Positions 1-12,560 of a DNA stretch of 64,000 bases are shown here, piece by piece; within the stretch, counting starts at the first letter, position 1, and each line of letters begins with the position of its first letter. Source of the stretch: Rebecca billardiae RCC1528 (lineage: Eukaryota > Protista > Haptophyta). Where the stretch lies: the NCBI GenBank assembly GCA_965240325.2, contig OZ251240.1:868001-932000 (forward strand). The letters run 5' to 3'. Made by a program: the position numbers and the translations under genes. The notes under the pieces are model-generated. The model worked only from the letters and a program-made list of their open reading frames with translations. It did not search any database and was not told the origin of the DNA.

Positions 1-3000
1 TCGGCGGGCATGCCCGTGAGCGCGTGCGGCGTCGGCGCGTCGGTCTCGTGCTGCATCATGAACGTGTCGGCCGGCATGCCCGTGAGCGCGTGCGGCGGCG
101 GCGCGTCGGTCTTATGCTCCGTCACCAGCGTGTCGGCCGGCATGCCCGTGAGCGCGTGCGGCGGCGGCGCGTTGGTGTCGCGCTGCATCATGAACGTGTC
201 GGCCGGCATGCCCGTGAGCGCGTGCGGCGGCGGCGCGTTGGTCTCGTGCTGCATCATGAACGTGTCGGCCGGCATGCCCGTGAGCGCGTGCGGCGGCGGC
301 GCGTTGGTCTCGTGCTGCATCATGAACGTGTCGGCCGGCGTGCCCGTGAGCGCGTGCGGCGGCGGCGCGTCGGTCTTACGCTCCGTCACCAGCGTGTCGG
401 CGGGCATGCCCGTGAGCGCGTGCGGCAGCGGCGCGTCGGTGTTGCGCTGCATCATGAACGTGTCGGCGGGCATGCCCGTGAGCGCGTGCGGCGGCGGCGC
501 GTTGGTCTCGTGCTGCATCATGAGCATGTCGGCCGGCATGCCCGTGAGCGCGTGCGGCGGCGGCGCGTTGGTGTCGCGCTGCATCATGAACGTGTCGGCC
601 GGCATGCCCGTGAGCGCGTGCGGCGGCGGCGCGTCGGTCTCGTGCTGCATCATGAACGTGTCGGCCGGCATGCCCGTGAGCGCGTGCGGCGGCGGCGCGT
701 TGGTCTCGTGCTGCATCATGAACGTGTCGGCCGGCGTGCCCGTGAGCGCGTGCGGCGGCGGCGCGTTGGTGTCGCGCTGCATCATGAACGTGTCGGCCGG
801 CATGCCCGTGAGCGCGTGCGGTGGCGGCGCGTCGGTCTCGTGCTGCATCATGAACGTGTCGGCCGGCATGCCCGTGAGCGCGTGCGGCGGCGGCGCGTTG
901 GTCTCGTGCTGCATCATGAACGTGTCGGCCGGCGTGCCCGTGAGCGCGTGCGGCGGCGGCGCGTCGGTCTTACGCTCCGTCACCAGCGTGTCGGCCGGCA
1001 TGCCCGTGAGCGCGTGCGGCGGCGGCGCGTTGGTCTCGCGCTGCATCATGAACGTGTCGGCCGGCATGCCCGTGAGCGCGTGCGGCGGCGGCGCGTTGGT
1101 CTCGTGCTGCATCATGAACGTGTCGGCCGGCATGCCCGTGAGCGCGTGCGGCGGCGGCGCGTCGGTCTTATGCTCAGTCACCAGCATGTCGGCCGGCATG
1201 CCCGTGAGCGCGTGCGGCGGCGGCGCGTTGGTCTCGTGCTGCATCATGAACGAGTCGGCCGGCGTGCCCGTGAGCGCGTGCGGCGGCGGCGCGTTGGTCT
1301 CGTGCTGCATCATGAGCATGTCGGCCGGCGTGCCCGTGAGCGCGTGCGGCGGCGGCGCGTCGGTCTCGTGCTGCATCATGAACGTGTCGGCCGGCATGCC
1401 CGTGAGCGCGTGCGGTGGGGTCGCGTCGGTCTTGTGCTGCATCATGAACGTGTCGGCCGGCATGCCCGTGAGCGCGTGCGGCGGCGGCGCGTTGGTCTTG
1501 TGCTCCGTCACCAGCGTGTCGGCGGGCATGCCCGTGAGCGCGTGCGGCAGCGGCGCGTCGGTGTTGCGCTGCATCATGAACGTGTCGGCGGGCATGCCCG
1601 TGAGCGCGTGCGGCGTCGGCGCGTCGGTCTCGTGCTGCATCATGAACGTGTCGGCCGGCATGCCCGTGAGCGCGTGCGGCAGCGGCGCGTCGGTCTTATG
1701 CTCCGTCACCAGCGTGTCGGCCGGCATGCCCGTGAGCGCGTGCGGCGGCGGCGCGTCGGTCTTACGCTCCGTCACCAGCGTGTCGGCGGGCATGCCCGTG
1801 AGCGCGTGCGGCAGCGGCGCGTCGGTGTTGCGCTGCATCATGAACGTGTCGGCGGGCATGCCCGTGAGCGCGTGCGGCGGCGGCGCGTTGGTCTCGTGCT
1901 GCATCATGAGCATGTCGGCCGGCATGCCCGTGAGCGCGTGCGGCGGCGGCGCGTCGGTCTTACGCTCCGTCACCAGCGTGTCGGCGGGCATGCCCGTGAG
2001 CGCGTGCGGCAGCGGCGCGTCGGTGTTGCGCTGCATCATGAACGTGTCGGCCGGCATGCCCGTGAGCGCGTGCGGCGGCGGCGCGTTGGTCTCGTGCTGC
2101 ATCATGAACGTGTCGGCCGGCATGCCCGTGAGCGCGTGCGGCGGCGGCGCGTTGGTCTCGTGCTGCATCATGAACGTGTCGGCCGGCGTGCCCGTGAGCG
2201 CGTGCGGCGGCGGCGCTTTGGTGTCGCGCTGCATCATGAACGTGTCGGCCGGCATGCCCGTGAGCGCGTGCGGCGGCGGCGCGTTGGTCTCGTGCTGCAT
2301 CATGAACGTGTCGGCCGGCGTGCCCGTGAGCGCGTGCGGCGGCGGCGCTTTGGTGTCGCGCTGCATCATGAACGTGTCGGCCGGCATGCCCGTGAGCGCG
2401 TGCGGCGGCGGCGCGTTGGTCTCGTGCTGCATCATGAACGTGTCGGCCGGCATGCCCGTGAGCGCGTGCGGCGGCGGCGCGTTGGTCTCGTGCTGCATCA
2501 TGAACGTGTCGGCCGGCATGCCCGTGAGCGCGTGCGGCGGCGGCGCGTTGGTCTCGTGCTGCATCATGAACGTGTCGGCCGGCGTGCCCGTGAGCGCGTG
2601 CGGCGGCGGCGCTTTGGTGTCGCGCTGCATCATGAACGTGTCGGCCGGCATGCCCGTGAGCGCGTGCGGCGGCGGCGCGTTGGTCTCGTGCTGCATCATG
2701 AACGTGTCGGCCGGCGTGCCCGTGAGCGCGTGCGGCGGCGGCGCTTTGGTGTCGCGCTGCATCATGAACGTGTCGGCCGGCATGTCCGTGAGCGCGTGCG
2801 GCGGCGGCGCGTTGGTCTCGTGCTGCATCATGAACGTGTCGGCCGGCATGCCCGTGAGCGCGTGCGGCGGCGGCGCGTTGGTCTCGTGCTGCATCATGAA
2901 CGTGTCGGCCGGCGTGCCCGTGAGCGCGTGCGGCGGCGGCGCGTTGGTGTCGCGCTGCATCATGAACATGCCGGCCGGCATGCCCGTGAGCGCGTGCGAT

Positions 3001-4510
3001 GGCGGCGCGTTGGTCTCGTGCTGCATCATGAACGTGTCGGCCGGCATGCCCGTGAGCGCGTGCGGCGGGGTCGCGTTGGTCTCGTGCTGCATCATGAACG
3101 TGTCGGCCGGCGTGCCCGTGTGCGCGTGCGGCGGCGGCGCGTTGGTGTCGCGCTGCATCATGAACGTGCCGGCCGGCATGCCCGTGAGCGCGTGCGATGG
3201 CGGCGCGTTGGTCTCGTGCTGCATCATGAACGTGTCGGCCGGCATGCCCGTGAGCGCGTGCGGCGGCGGCGCGTTGGTCTCGTGCTGCATCATGAACGTG
3301 TCGGCCGGCATGCCCGTGAGCGCGTGCGGCGGCGGCGCGTTGGTCTCGTGCTGCATCATGAACGTGTCGGCCGGCGTGCCCGTGAGCGCGTGCGGCGGCG
3401 GCGCGTTGGTCTCGTGCTGCATCATGAACGTGTCGGCCGGCGTGCCCGTGAGCGCGTGCGGCGGCGGCGCGTTGGTGTCGTGCTGCATCATGAGCATGTC
3501 GGCCGGCGTGCCCGTGAGCGCGTGCGGCGGCGGCGCGTTGGTGTCGTGCTGCATCATGAGCATGTCGGCCGGCGTGCCCGTGAGCGCGTGCGGCGGCGGC
3601 ATGTTGGTCTCGTGCTGCATCATGAACGTGTCGGCCGGCATGCCCGTGAGCGCGTGCGGCGGCGGCGCGTTGGTCTCGTGCTGCATCATGAGCATGTCGG
3701 CCGGCGTGCCCGTGAGCGCGTGCGGCGGCGGGGCGTTGGTCTCGTGCTGCATCATGAGCATGTCGGCCGGCGTGCCCGTGAGCGCGTGCGGCGGCGGCGC
3801 GTTGGTGTCGTGCTGCATCATGAACGTGTCGGCCGGCGTGCCCGTGAGCGCGTGCGGCGGCGGCGCGTTGGTCTCGTGCTGCATCATGAACGTGTCGGCC
3901 GGCGTGCCCGTGAGCGCGTGCGGCGGCGGCGCGTTGGTGTCGTGCTGCATCATGAACGTGTCGGCCGGCGTGCCCGTGAGCGCGTGCGGCGGCGGCGCGT
4001 TGGTCTCGTGCTGCATCATGAACGTGTCGGCCGGCGTGCCCGTGAGCGCGTGCGGCGGCGGCGCGTTGGTGTCGTGCTGCATCATGAGCATGTCGGCCGG
4101 CGTGCCCGTGAGCGCGTGCGGCGGCGGCGCGTTGGTGTCGTGCTGCATCATGAGCATGTCGGCCGGCGTGCCCGTGAGCGCGTGCGGCGGCGGCGCGTTG
4201 GTGTCGTGCTGCATCATGAGCATGTCGGCCGGCGTGCCCGTGAGCGCGTGCGGCGGCGGCATGTTGGTCTCGTGCTGCATCATGAACGTGTCGGCCGGCA
4301 TGCCCGTGAGCGCGTGCGGCGGCGGCGCGTTGGTCTCGTGCTGCATCATGAGCATGTCGGCCGGCGTGCCCGTGAGCGCGTGCGGCGGCGGCGCGTTGGT
4401 CTCGTGCTGCATCATGAGCATGTCGGCCGGCGTGCCCGTGAGCGCGTGCGGCGGCGGGGCGTGGGTGTTCTGCTGCTTGGTCGCCGCGCCGGCCGGCATG
4501 CCAGTGAGCG
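1..4510. repeat. 66-bp coding minisatellite, about 68 units in window
   Basis: Unit ggcatgcccgtgagcgcgtgcggcggcggcgcgttggtctcgtgctgcatcatgaacgtgtcggcc repeats head-to-tail with a few recurring variants and no spacers. Confidence 0.97.
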
Positions 4511-5410
4511 AACGCTGCGGCGTTGGCGCATCGATCTCCTGCTCGTTGGTCATCGCGTTGGCTACCATGCCCGCGAGCGCGCGCCGCGTCTCCTCGTCAA
4601 TCTCCGTGGGCGTGGGGACTGCGAGCATTCGCGCCGCCGCACCCTCGGCGGCTGAGCAGCCCGCGATTTCAAGTGAGATGGCGCCCCCTGCCGGCTCGGC
4701 GTCGGCAACCATGCTCACCAGCGGACGCGGTCCCTCATCGATCTTCGCAAGCGCGGTGAGCGCGAGCGTGCCCGCCGCCGCGGCGTCGGCGGCTGACACG
4801 TGCGCGCCATCGAGGATGGCCCTGTCGTGCAGCGCCGTTGGCTTCTGAGCCGATCCGGCGCCGTCGTCGCCTGGTCCGACCGTGGCTCCAATTTCCTGGC
4901 CTGCGAATCAAATGGCGGGCGAAGAAGTCAGGAGGGGAAATGCAAAATAATAAAGGCGGGAATCAACAAAAATCGGGCGCGCGCAAATACAGCCCGTGCG
5001 CCGCGCGCGCGGGCGGCGCCCGTGAGCGCAAGCGTGAGGCGCGCCCTCGGCGTACGCGCTTTGCGCCACGCACACGTACCTGTGCCAGGCGTGATCGTCA
5101 GGCCCTGGGTCTTGATGAGTTTGGTGTCGCTCGGCGCACCCGAGAGTGCGGGCGCGGGCGCGCCGCTGCCAATGCGCCGCTCGGCCGCCACCACTCGGCC
5201 GGCGGCGCCGACAGCGCGAGGGGACAGCGAGCGCTGCGCCGGGAGGCGATCGGCGAGGTGCATGGCACGGTCCGTCGAGCCCGAGACCGCGTGCGTCAGG
5301 TCGGGTGGGTCGATGCGCGCGCAAATGCCGCCGCCGTGCGCGGCGGCATGCGCGAGCATGGCGATGAGAACGACGCTCGCGGCGACGACGATCGAGCTGA
5401 GCTTCGCCGC
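1..5410 (-). CDS. Tandem-repeat protein (22-aa unit ADTFMMQHETNAPPPHALTGMP), 3' end outside window; start codon uncertain
   Basis: The minus-strand reading gives ordinary protein sequence before the repeat (QEIGATVGPGDDGAGSAQKPTALHDRAILDG...). A GT-AG intron at 5079..4901 joins it in frame to an upstream exon that includes a hydrophobic stretch (SIVVAASVVLIAMLAHAAA). Confidence 0.7.
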
Positions 5411-6244
5411 GCGAGCGCCGCTGTCCTGCTTGGCATGCGTGGCGCACGCACGGGAGCAAAGGGTCTGCGCGCACGCGCCGCCGCAGCGCCCACACCCCAC
5501 GCGCGCGCGGGGGCATCGCTGAGGCCAGTCGGCGCCCGCGCGATCGCGCGTCCGCCCGCGGCCGCGTCGCCGACGCAGCGCAGCCTGCGCATGACGACTG
5601 CCCGGCCGCCCGGAAAGCGTCCGACGATGGTTGAAGCGGCCGCGGGATCGGTGTGACGATGCGTACGTAGCACGCACCTTGCCAGTTGTCATCGAGGAGG
5701 CACACAGGATTTGCGAGGATCCGTCGGTCGCGCGAGCGGTGCCAAATGAAGGGTGCGGGCCGGGCAAACCCTTCAGCCCCGCAATTTAGGGTGGTGGACA
5801 CTTCGTCAATGTTTTGTAGTTAGGGATATTTTGATTCAGGCGGGATCTGGGCATCTGGCCCGTATATCAACGCTACCCGCCGAGTGGAACCTTGCTACGG
5901 GCAATCGGGTCCGTAACTCCGTATTACCGTGCAGGGTACCGTGCAGGGTATCTCCTCTGAGCGGGAGATTGAAGATCCAGGGGAGAGGGAGATCGCGAGC
6001 GTCGTCGCAATGGCAACGACGAGTTGTTCAGACCCATTGTCAGGTGCATCTAATCCCCGCGGAACGGTGGACGGGTGGAGCACCAGTCCTTCGCTAAGGG
6101 GTGCGACGGAAAGGACGGTGGGACCCCGGTCAATCTGGCCCAGCGGCCCTCTCGCGGGCTCTGGCGCGCGAACGCTAATCCACTAGGAGCCGCCGAGCCG
6201 TAGTTTGGCGCTCAGTGCACCAACAAAGACATCCCCAGCCGCAT

Positions 6245-6525
6245 GTCTCGCTTCGCGCGGAGCCAACTTGCTGTGTGCGGGAGCCGCACCCGAAGCACAG
6301 GCTGTGCAGCGCGCGACGCGTCGCGAGTCGGGAGTGCATCGGAACACACGGCGGTGCATGACGCGCCATGGGGCAGATATGGGTCTGTACTCAACGGATT
6401 GCGCATGCGACGGCTTCGCGATGCACTGTCGACCCACCCGACGCCGCCACGCCGCGTCGCTACACGGCCCAGTGTGCTTCGGGTGGCTCCCGCACACCAC
6501 AAGTTGGCTCCGCGCGAAGCGAGAC
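6245..6525. repeat. Fold-back inverted repeat (about 55-bp near-perfect arms, imperfect pairing further in)
   Basis: 6245-6299 gtctcgcttcgcgcggagccaacttg...cccgaagcaca is the near reverse complement of 6473-6525. Confidence 0.85.
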
Positions 6526-8649
6526 GGGTCCCACTGTCCTTTCTGTTGACGACCGGTGTCGCAGCGCGACCCGCCGGCCGTTACAGGGCCATTCGAAGGC
6601 GGTGAGTCAGAGTGTCAGACCCCTTCAGGGATGGTCACGGCAGCCATGCTGATGTCGGTTCGCAGCGTCGCGTCTCGGAGAGTCGGAGTCGGGGTACCGC
6701 TCGGGCTGGGCGTCTTGGGCCATGGGGTGAGCATGCGCGGCGCCCGAGCTCGCCGAGCCAGAAGCCACGAGGGGGCGACCTGCCCTGTGGGACATGTCGA
6801 GGCGTGTGCGACTGTGGCGCTACCGCCGGCCCGCTGATCACGCTCGAGAGTGCTGGTCTCGACCACCACGCGCACCCACGACCAGCTGCATTCAGTAGTT
6901 GCAGCTAGGCTGTTTGGTTTGGCCGTGACGGCGCGTACTGGAGTCAGGTCGGACGAGGGCTGAGAAGGGGTGCGAGGGCGGGGGCAGTCAGGCTGGTGCG
7001 TGGCGTCGGGTACGTCGCAACGCTCTCGAGCCACGCGCCGTCGAGCAGCATGCACTGGGGCCACTGTACCGCCGCACGCTCTGCCTTTGCGAGCGTGCGG
7101 CCGAGCGGACAGCTCGAATCTGAGCCGTGGCCAGCTCGTGCGCACTCGTGCGGGTATGCTACGGGGCCTCGCGCTTCGTGATCTCAGCCGCGACACCGCG
7201 TAGTGCGCCATGCTTCCAGCCCAGCTGAGCCATGCTCCAGCGCGCGGAGCCGGGTGGCAGCGGCAAGGCAAGCGGTCGCGGCGCCGCACCAACTCAGCTT
7301 CATCAGTGCATCCGCGAAAGCGCGGCTCTGAATGTGTTTTTAACTCATCGTCGCGTGCGCGCCCGTCAGTGCCGTCACTTCAGGGGTCGTGCGCGTCACG
7401 CATCAGTCTTGACAGACGGTGTGACACACTCGGCTTCAGCTAGAGTCGTGCACTACCGCTGCTCATGCTGCTGTGCAGGCTGTTTTTGTGCTATGCTTAT
7501 GCAGAATCGTGCGGGTATACCGCCGGGCTCCGCGCCTCTCATCACTCGGTTGCGCGGTGGCGCAACATCAGCGCGCTGCCTACTTCTACCATTGTGCGAA
7601 CTCTCAGCCACGCCGCGCCACGCCACGGCCCCACCATGCGTGAGGCGTGAGCGGAGCCGGGGCACGGCGGGCGTGCACGCGCACGTCGGGGGAACTTGGG
7701 GCGGGCATTCGGGGTGCACGCGTGCTGCTTACGCCGTGCGTGCGCGCGGTGCTGCCACGCGTCACTCTGCTCAGTTTATTTCACACCTGTCGTGCTGCAT
7801 CCAGTGATCCAGTCTCCGGGCTGTCCGCGGCGCTCCGCGGCGGCGGCCGTGCATGATCCAGTGCGGATAAGTATTCTGAGAGACATGCAGTGCGGCGATA
7901 CGCTGTCGTGATTCTCGACCGATAGCGAGGTGCCGAGCGCGGCCCCGCTCGGCAAACTGTCGTCCATCTCTAAAAGCCACCAGCCTGCCAGGCGCGATTC
8001 ATATTAGCGTGGGGGCAAACCCTGGCGTGCACTGTCCAGCAGCATGCCGCTCAGCCACTCGCCAGGCGCGCGTCGTGCGATGCACCGCCAACCTGCTGCA
8101 GGCGGGCACCGCCAGTCGCCAGCGCGGGGGCTGCTGGTGGCAGCGGACGAGGCGCGTCGGCCGCTGGGAGGCCTGACGGTCCACGCGCCCGAGCGAGCAC
8201 CCACGAGCACCCGCGATCAGCGCACAGCAACTTGATTGAGCGGCGCGGGCGCAGCCCTCGGCACCCGCAACACTGCGCCCGTCTGCTGCGCAGCGCCAGC
8301 GGGCGCGTGTGCGGCGCCCCCGCTAGCCGGCACCCAGAGGCTCTCGCGCGGGCAGATCGAGCGGCCCGGCCGTAACGCGTCGTAGCTGTTCACGAGTCCG
8401 CGCATGCGCTGCCATGCGCCCTTAGGCCCCGTGTCGCGGCTCGACCAGCTGTGTCGCAGCGACAGCTGCTGCCGTGCGCTGACAGTGCAGCCCGCGCGTC
8501 GCTGGCAGTGCAGTAGCGCCAGCCACGTGGCACGCGCCGAACAGCTGGCTGGTCGCTAGGCTACAAATGCCACGGGTGGGCGTGGTCTTGCCCTTGCGCC
8601 ATCGTTCCCACGCAGAAACCTATCGCGCAGGCAACCGTGTGCAATCAGC

Positions 8650-8847
8650 CCCATGCGATGGGGCCGTCGCGCACGTGACAAGAAGAGGCCGCGTTGTATA
8701 ATCACCCGCCTCGAGCACATCAGCACGGACAGCGGCGAGCTGGTGGATCCAGATGCTCGCGTCGACGGCGAACACCTAACCAGAGCTCATCAACGCCGAT
8801 CACCTCCGAAACGGCGCCAAGTCCTTCAACAAGTCCTTAACGCCCAT
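8650..8847 (-). pseudogene. Degraded XPG/Exo1/FEN1-family nuclease N-terminal fragment
   Basis: Reads MGVKDLLKDLAPF...VFAVDASIWIHQL...RPLLVTCDG, matching the XPG-N motifs MG(I/V)xxL, AVDASxW and PxxVFDG, with in-frame stops and frameshifts. Confidence 0.7.
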
Positions 8848-8963
8848 CGGCTAGTCTGACGCCGCAGCGAGGTGCTCGCCCTGACTCCCTTGCCCGGGGC
8901 ATGTTTGACTCTGGCATGGTGCTGCTGAGTACAGGCAATCGCGGGCAATAAGGAGCTGTCACG

Positions 8964-9401
8964 TTAAGAAACTGGGGCTTGCTATCTGCGGATCTGGCCT
9001 AGAAACTAGGACTAGCGATTGGCTGGTTCGCTATACGCATAGTCACACTAAGAAACAGGGACTACGTCGTCCCGGCTGACGAGTGAGTGGTCCGCCGAGG
9101 GCGAGGCGCAGTCGGCCCGCGTCGGGGACGCGGCGCGCGGCCCGACTACGAGTACAGGCCAAGTCGTCCCGACTTCTCCTGATGACTGACTCCTGGCCAG
9201 TGCACCGCAGCATCCATGCAACATCATGCCAGATTTGCTCCAAAAAGGCCCAAAATTTTCTTCGGCCTCGCCGGCCGGGCCTAAAGACAGCGGGGGGCTC
9301 TGCCCCCCTGCGCCCCCCGCGCCTGCGCGGTGGGCGGACTTAGCTAAGAAACTGAGACTCCGTAGGCGCTCGGGCTACCGAACGGCTAAGAAACCGAGGC
9401 T
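8964..9401 (+). repeat. Five dispersed copies of a CTAAGAAACNGRGRCT-like motif
   Basis: Copies at about 8964, 8999, 9048, 9344 and 9386, all in the same orientation. Confidence 0.6.
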
Positions 9402-9668
9402 AGCCGTGAGATCTCTGACTTCTTAATTATAGTGGGAAGGCCCTCAAACAAGCGATAATAGAATTGCGTGATTTCGTCGCGGGATTCCTGCAGTTTCATT
9501 GGACGAACTGGTTTCCCAGCTGCTTGAATAACTAATCATTAGTCTTATCGTATGAGTAGAAGTAGCGCTCGCGAAGTCGCGAGCTCGCGGCTTGTCGGCT
9601 ACTCGGCTCTATTTCGCTTGGCGGCCACTCGAGCCGACACCCCAACACGCGTCGAGTGCGCAACCAGA

Positions 9669-12100
9669 ATGCTCGTGACCAAGCGCGCCTTCGTCGGCGC
9701 GGCGTGTCTCGCGCTCATAGGCGTGGCGGCCATCGCGCTCGTCGCCCCCGTCGCCCTGCGCTCGCTCGGCGGCGCCGAGTCCGCCCGCCTCGAGAAGCAG
9801 CAGCCGAGCGGTGCGCCGAATGTGTTTGGCGACCTCGCCAACGGCAACTGCCACGTCAACGCGAACAGCAAGATCCAGTGCCCCGCGGTGGGGCAGTTCC
9901 CCAAGTGTGAGCAGCAGTACGCCTTCCCGTACTACTACTACGACAAGATGATCTGGATGAGCGACGTCTCCCTCCTCACCGACGACCCGGTGCTGATGGA
10001 GAGCACCGCGTTCGGCATCGCGCAGCGTGCGTGCGACAGCCCAGAGGCGTACGACGGGGGCGAGACGATCAGCGTGGCGCAGATCGCGAGCGTCTTCCTC
10101 CAGGTCAACCCGACGCACGCCGGCTCGTGCGCCGGCGCCGTGATCATCGCCGCGGGCGAGTGCCAGTGGTCGAGCGGTGGCTCGTGGGGCGGAAGCTGTC
10201 CGCCTGGGCCGTACGCTGGATGCGCGACGGCGCCGGCGTGCATCGCGACCGTGCTGAACGGGATCTGGCAGAACGGCGACAACACGCAGATGAGTCCAGC
10301 GCAGTCCGCCGCCAACCTGTACAATGACAGCCCGTACTCGATCCCGTACCTGTGTGGTGGCGCCCCCTCTGTGGTGCCGTCTGACTACATCTCCGCGGCC
10401 AACACCAACACCATCGGCGACTTCTGCCATGTAAATAAGTTCGTCGGGAGCAGGGCGGGGGCGTTCGCGTGGGGCGGCGGGCAGTGCTCGGGTGGCCTCG
10501 GGCTGGACCCGCCCACGTCGAGCTGCGCGTGCCCGTCCTCCGACGAGGCCGCCCCTGCGCTCTCAGTCGTGGATGTGCTGGATGCGGCCGCACCGGCTGC
10601 TGACGACAGTGTTGCCGGCGCAGGTGCCGATGGCGGTGCCAAGGTGCACGTAGCGCTTGAGTCGCCGCCGCCCGTGCCGGTCACGCGCACGCCTTGGCCG
10701 GCCCAGTCGCAGCCCGGCCCACAACCAAGCCTACCGCCGAGCTCACTGCCACCAAGCCCGCCGCCGAGCCCGCCACCGCCGCCGCCACCGAGCCTGCCGC
10801 CCAAGCCACCACGAAGCCCGCCGCCCTGCCCACCGCCCCGCCTGCCGCCCAGCCCGCCGCCCAGCCCGCCGCCTCCGAGCCCGCCCCCTCCGAGCCCGCC
10901 GCCGTCGCCACCGCCGTCGCCACCGCCGAGCCCACCGCCCTCGCCGGCGCCAAGCCCGCCGCCTAGCTCGCCGCCTCCGAGCCCGCCGCCGTCGCTGCCG
11001 CCGTTGCCGCTGCCGTCGCCACCGCCGAGGCCGCCGCTCTCGCCGCCGCCACGCCCGCCCCCGAGCCGGCCGCCACCGAGACCACCTCCGAGCCCGGCCC
11101 CAAGCCCGCCGCCCTCGCCGCGACTGCCCGCTCTGATCCAGGGTGCGTGCCGGATGCCGCCGCCGTGCCGCAGCGCGCGCGCTCATGTACTCATGTAGAC
11201 GCCTCAGCCGCGCTCACACACTGAACACACACGCGCACACGCCCACTGCCCACGGCCTACCGTCCACGCGCCCGCCCGTGGCAGGGTTTTTCTACGGAGC
11301 GGCGGCGTCGTGCCAGCCTGGCGCGCCCCCCGCCTCCGCCTCGTTCCCGTACATGTTCTCCTTCCCGGGTGGCGTCGACCCTGTGGACGACATCCTGCCC
11401 AAGGCGCCGCCGCAGGTGCCCAGCAGCGGCGGCTATGGGCCGTATGTGCTCACGCTGGGCGGCGGGGGCACGCAGTGGTCGGACGCGATGTACGAGGCGC
11501 TGGCGCGGCAGATGCGCGTCGTCAAGGCGCTGGGCTGGGACGGCGTCTGCTTCGACTGGGAGTACCTCGACATGTCGGGCCCCGGAACGACCATCGAGGG
11601 GCTGCACGCGCTGCTGATTGCAGCCTCTGCGGCGGGGCTGCAGGTGTACCTCACCTCACTCGCAGAGGGGCCTGCGCAGTCAGAGGCGGGCAGGTTCACG
11701 CTCGACTACACGTCCTTCGACTGGGACCTGGTCGACTTTTTCGTGCCGCAGCTCTGTGCGCGCGCGCACACACAGCCCGCGCGGTCGGTCGCTCCCACCC
11801 TCCCCGCTCTCTCTCCCTCCCCGGGCCCCCTCTCTGATGCGCGGCGGCGCCTGGCCAACACGCGCGCGCGCACGCGCAGACGGCGCGGACGGCAGCATGC
11901 CGTCGGAGTGGCAGCAGTACGTGGACTTCTGGCTGCACGGCGGCGGCACGTCGGTGCAGGCGATCGAGTGGAGCGCGCCGCCCCTCTCCAAGATCCTTTG
12001 GGGCGTCACCGCGACCGCCGACACCTACTCGAGCGTGATGGCGGCCGCGCCCGGCTCGGCTGGGTACGTGGGCTGGTGCTTTGACCCGTACAGCAGCTAG
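9669..12100 (+). CDS. Secreted or anchored hydrolase: lysozyme/SLT-like domain + Pro-rich linker + GH18 (chitinase-like) domain; 3 exons
   Basis: Hydrophobic N-terminus (AFVGAACLALIGVAAIALVA). Introns 11143..11284 and 11756..11879 restore frame. C-terminal WDGVCFDWEY and VDFFVPQLY are GH18-like. N-terminal AQIA...AVIIAAGEC...GIWQ...SPAQSA resembles lysozyme-like motifs. Confidence 0.75.
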
Positions 12101-12560
12101 TGCACACTACAGCGACGCGTAATGCTGATGCCTCGTCGGTCACACTCACAGCCATAGCCCCGAGTAGCCCGCACAGGCGCCCAGCCAGCTCAGCGAAGGG
12201 CATCATCGTCATCATCATTACTCGTCATCATCGTAGTCTCATATGACGAGCGTAGTGGCGGCGCGACCGCTGCGCCAGAGCCCAGACAGCAGCCGAGACG
12301 TGTCACAATATATGCATCATATCAGCACGCATATAGTGCGTGTGCTGATAATATATATATATTCGTCATCATCATCATCATCACTGGCGCGCGCTACTAG
12401 CTACGACTGCTACTATCTATGCTATAGCAGTTACCGCGCTCGGCCACCAATAAACGACGACAGCTGCTGCTGCGCTGGCGCGCATGATCGACGACGATGA
12501 CAGCATATGGTCATGCGATGCACCACCGGCCTGACGTCTCACGTCTGACGGACTGCGCGA

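Noticed and set aside
1-4510. CRISPR-like array
   Set aside because: Contiguous units with no unique spacers, no cas genes, eukaryotic context.
10-4848. 1612-aa and 1543-aa plus-strand ORFs
   Set aside because: Antisense shadows of a stop-free repeat; the minus strand has an in-frame intron and normal protein sequence.
5784-5826. Telomeric TTAGGG
   Set aside because: Two isolated hexamers, not tandem.
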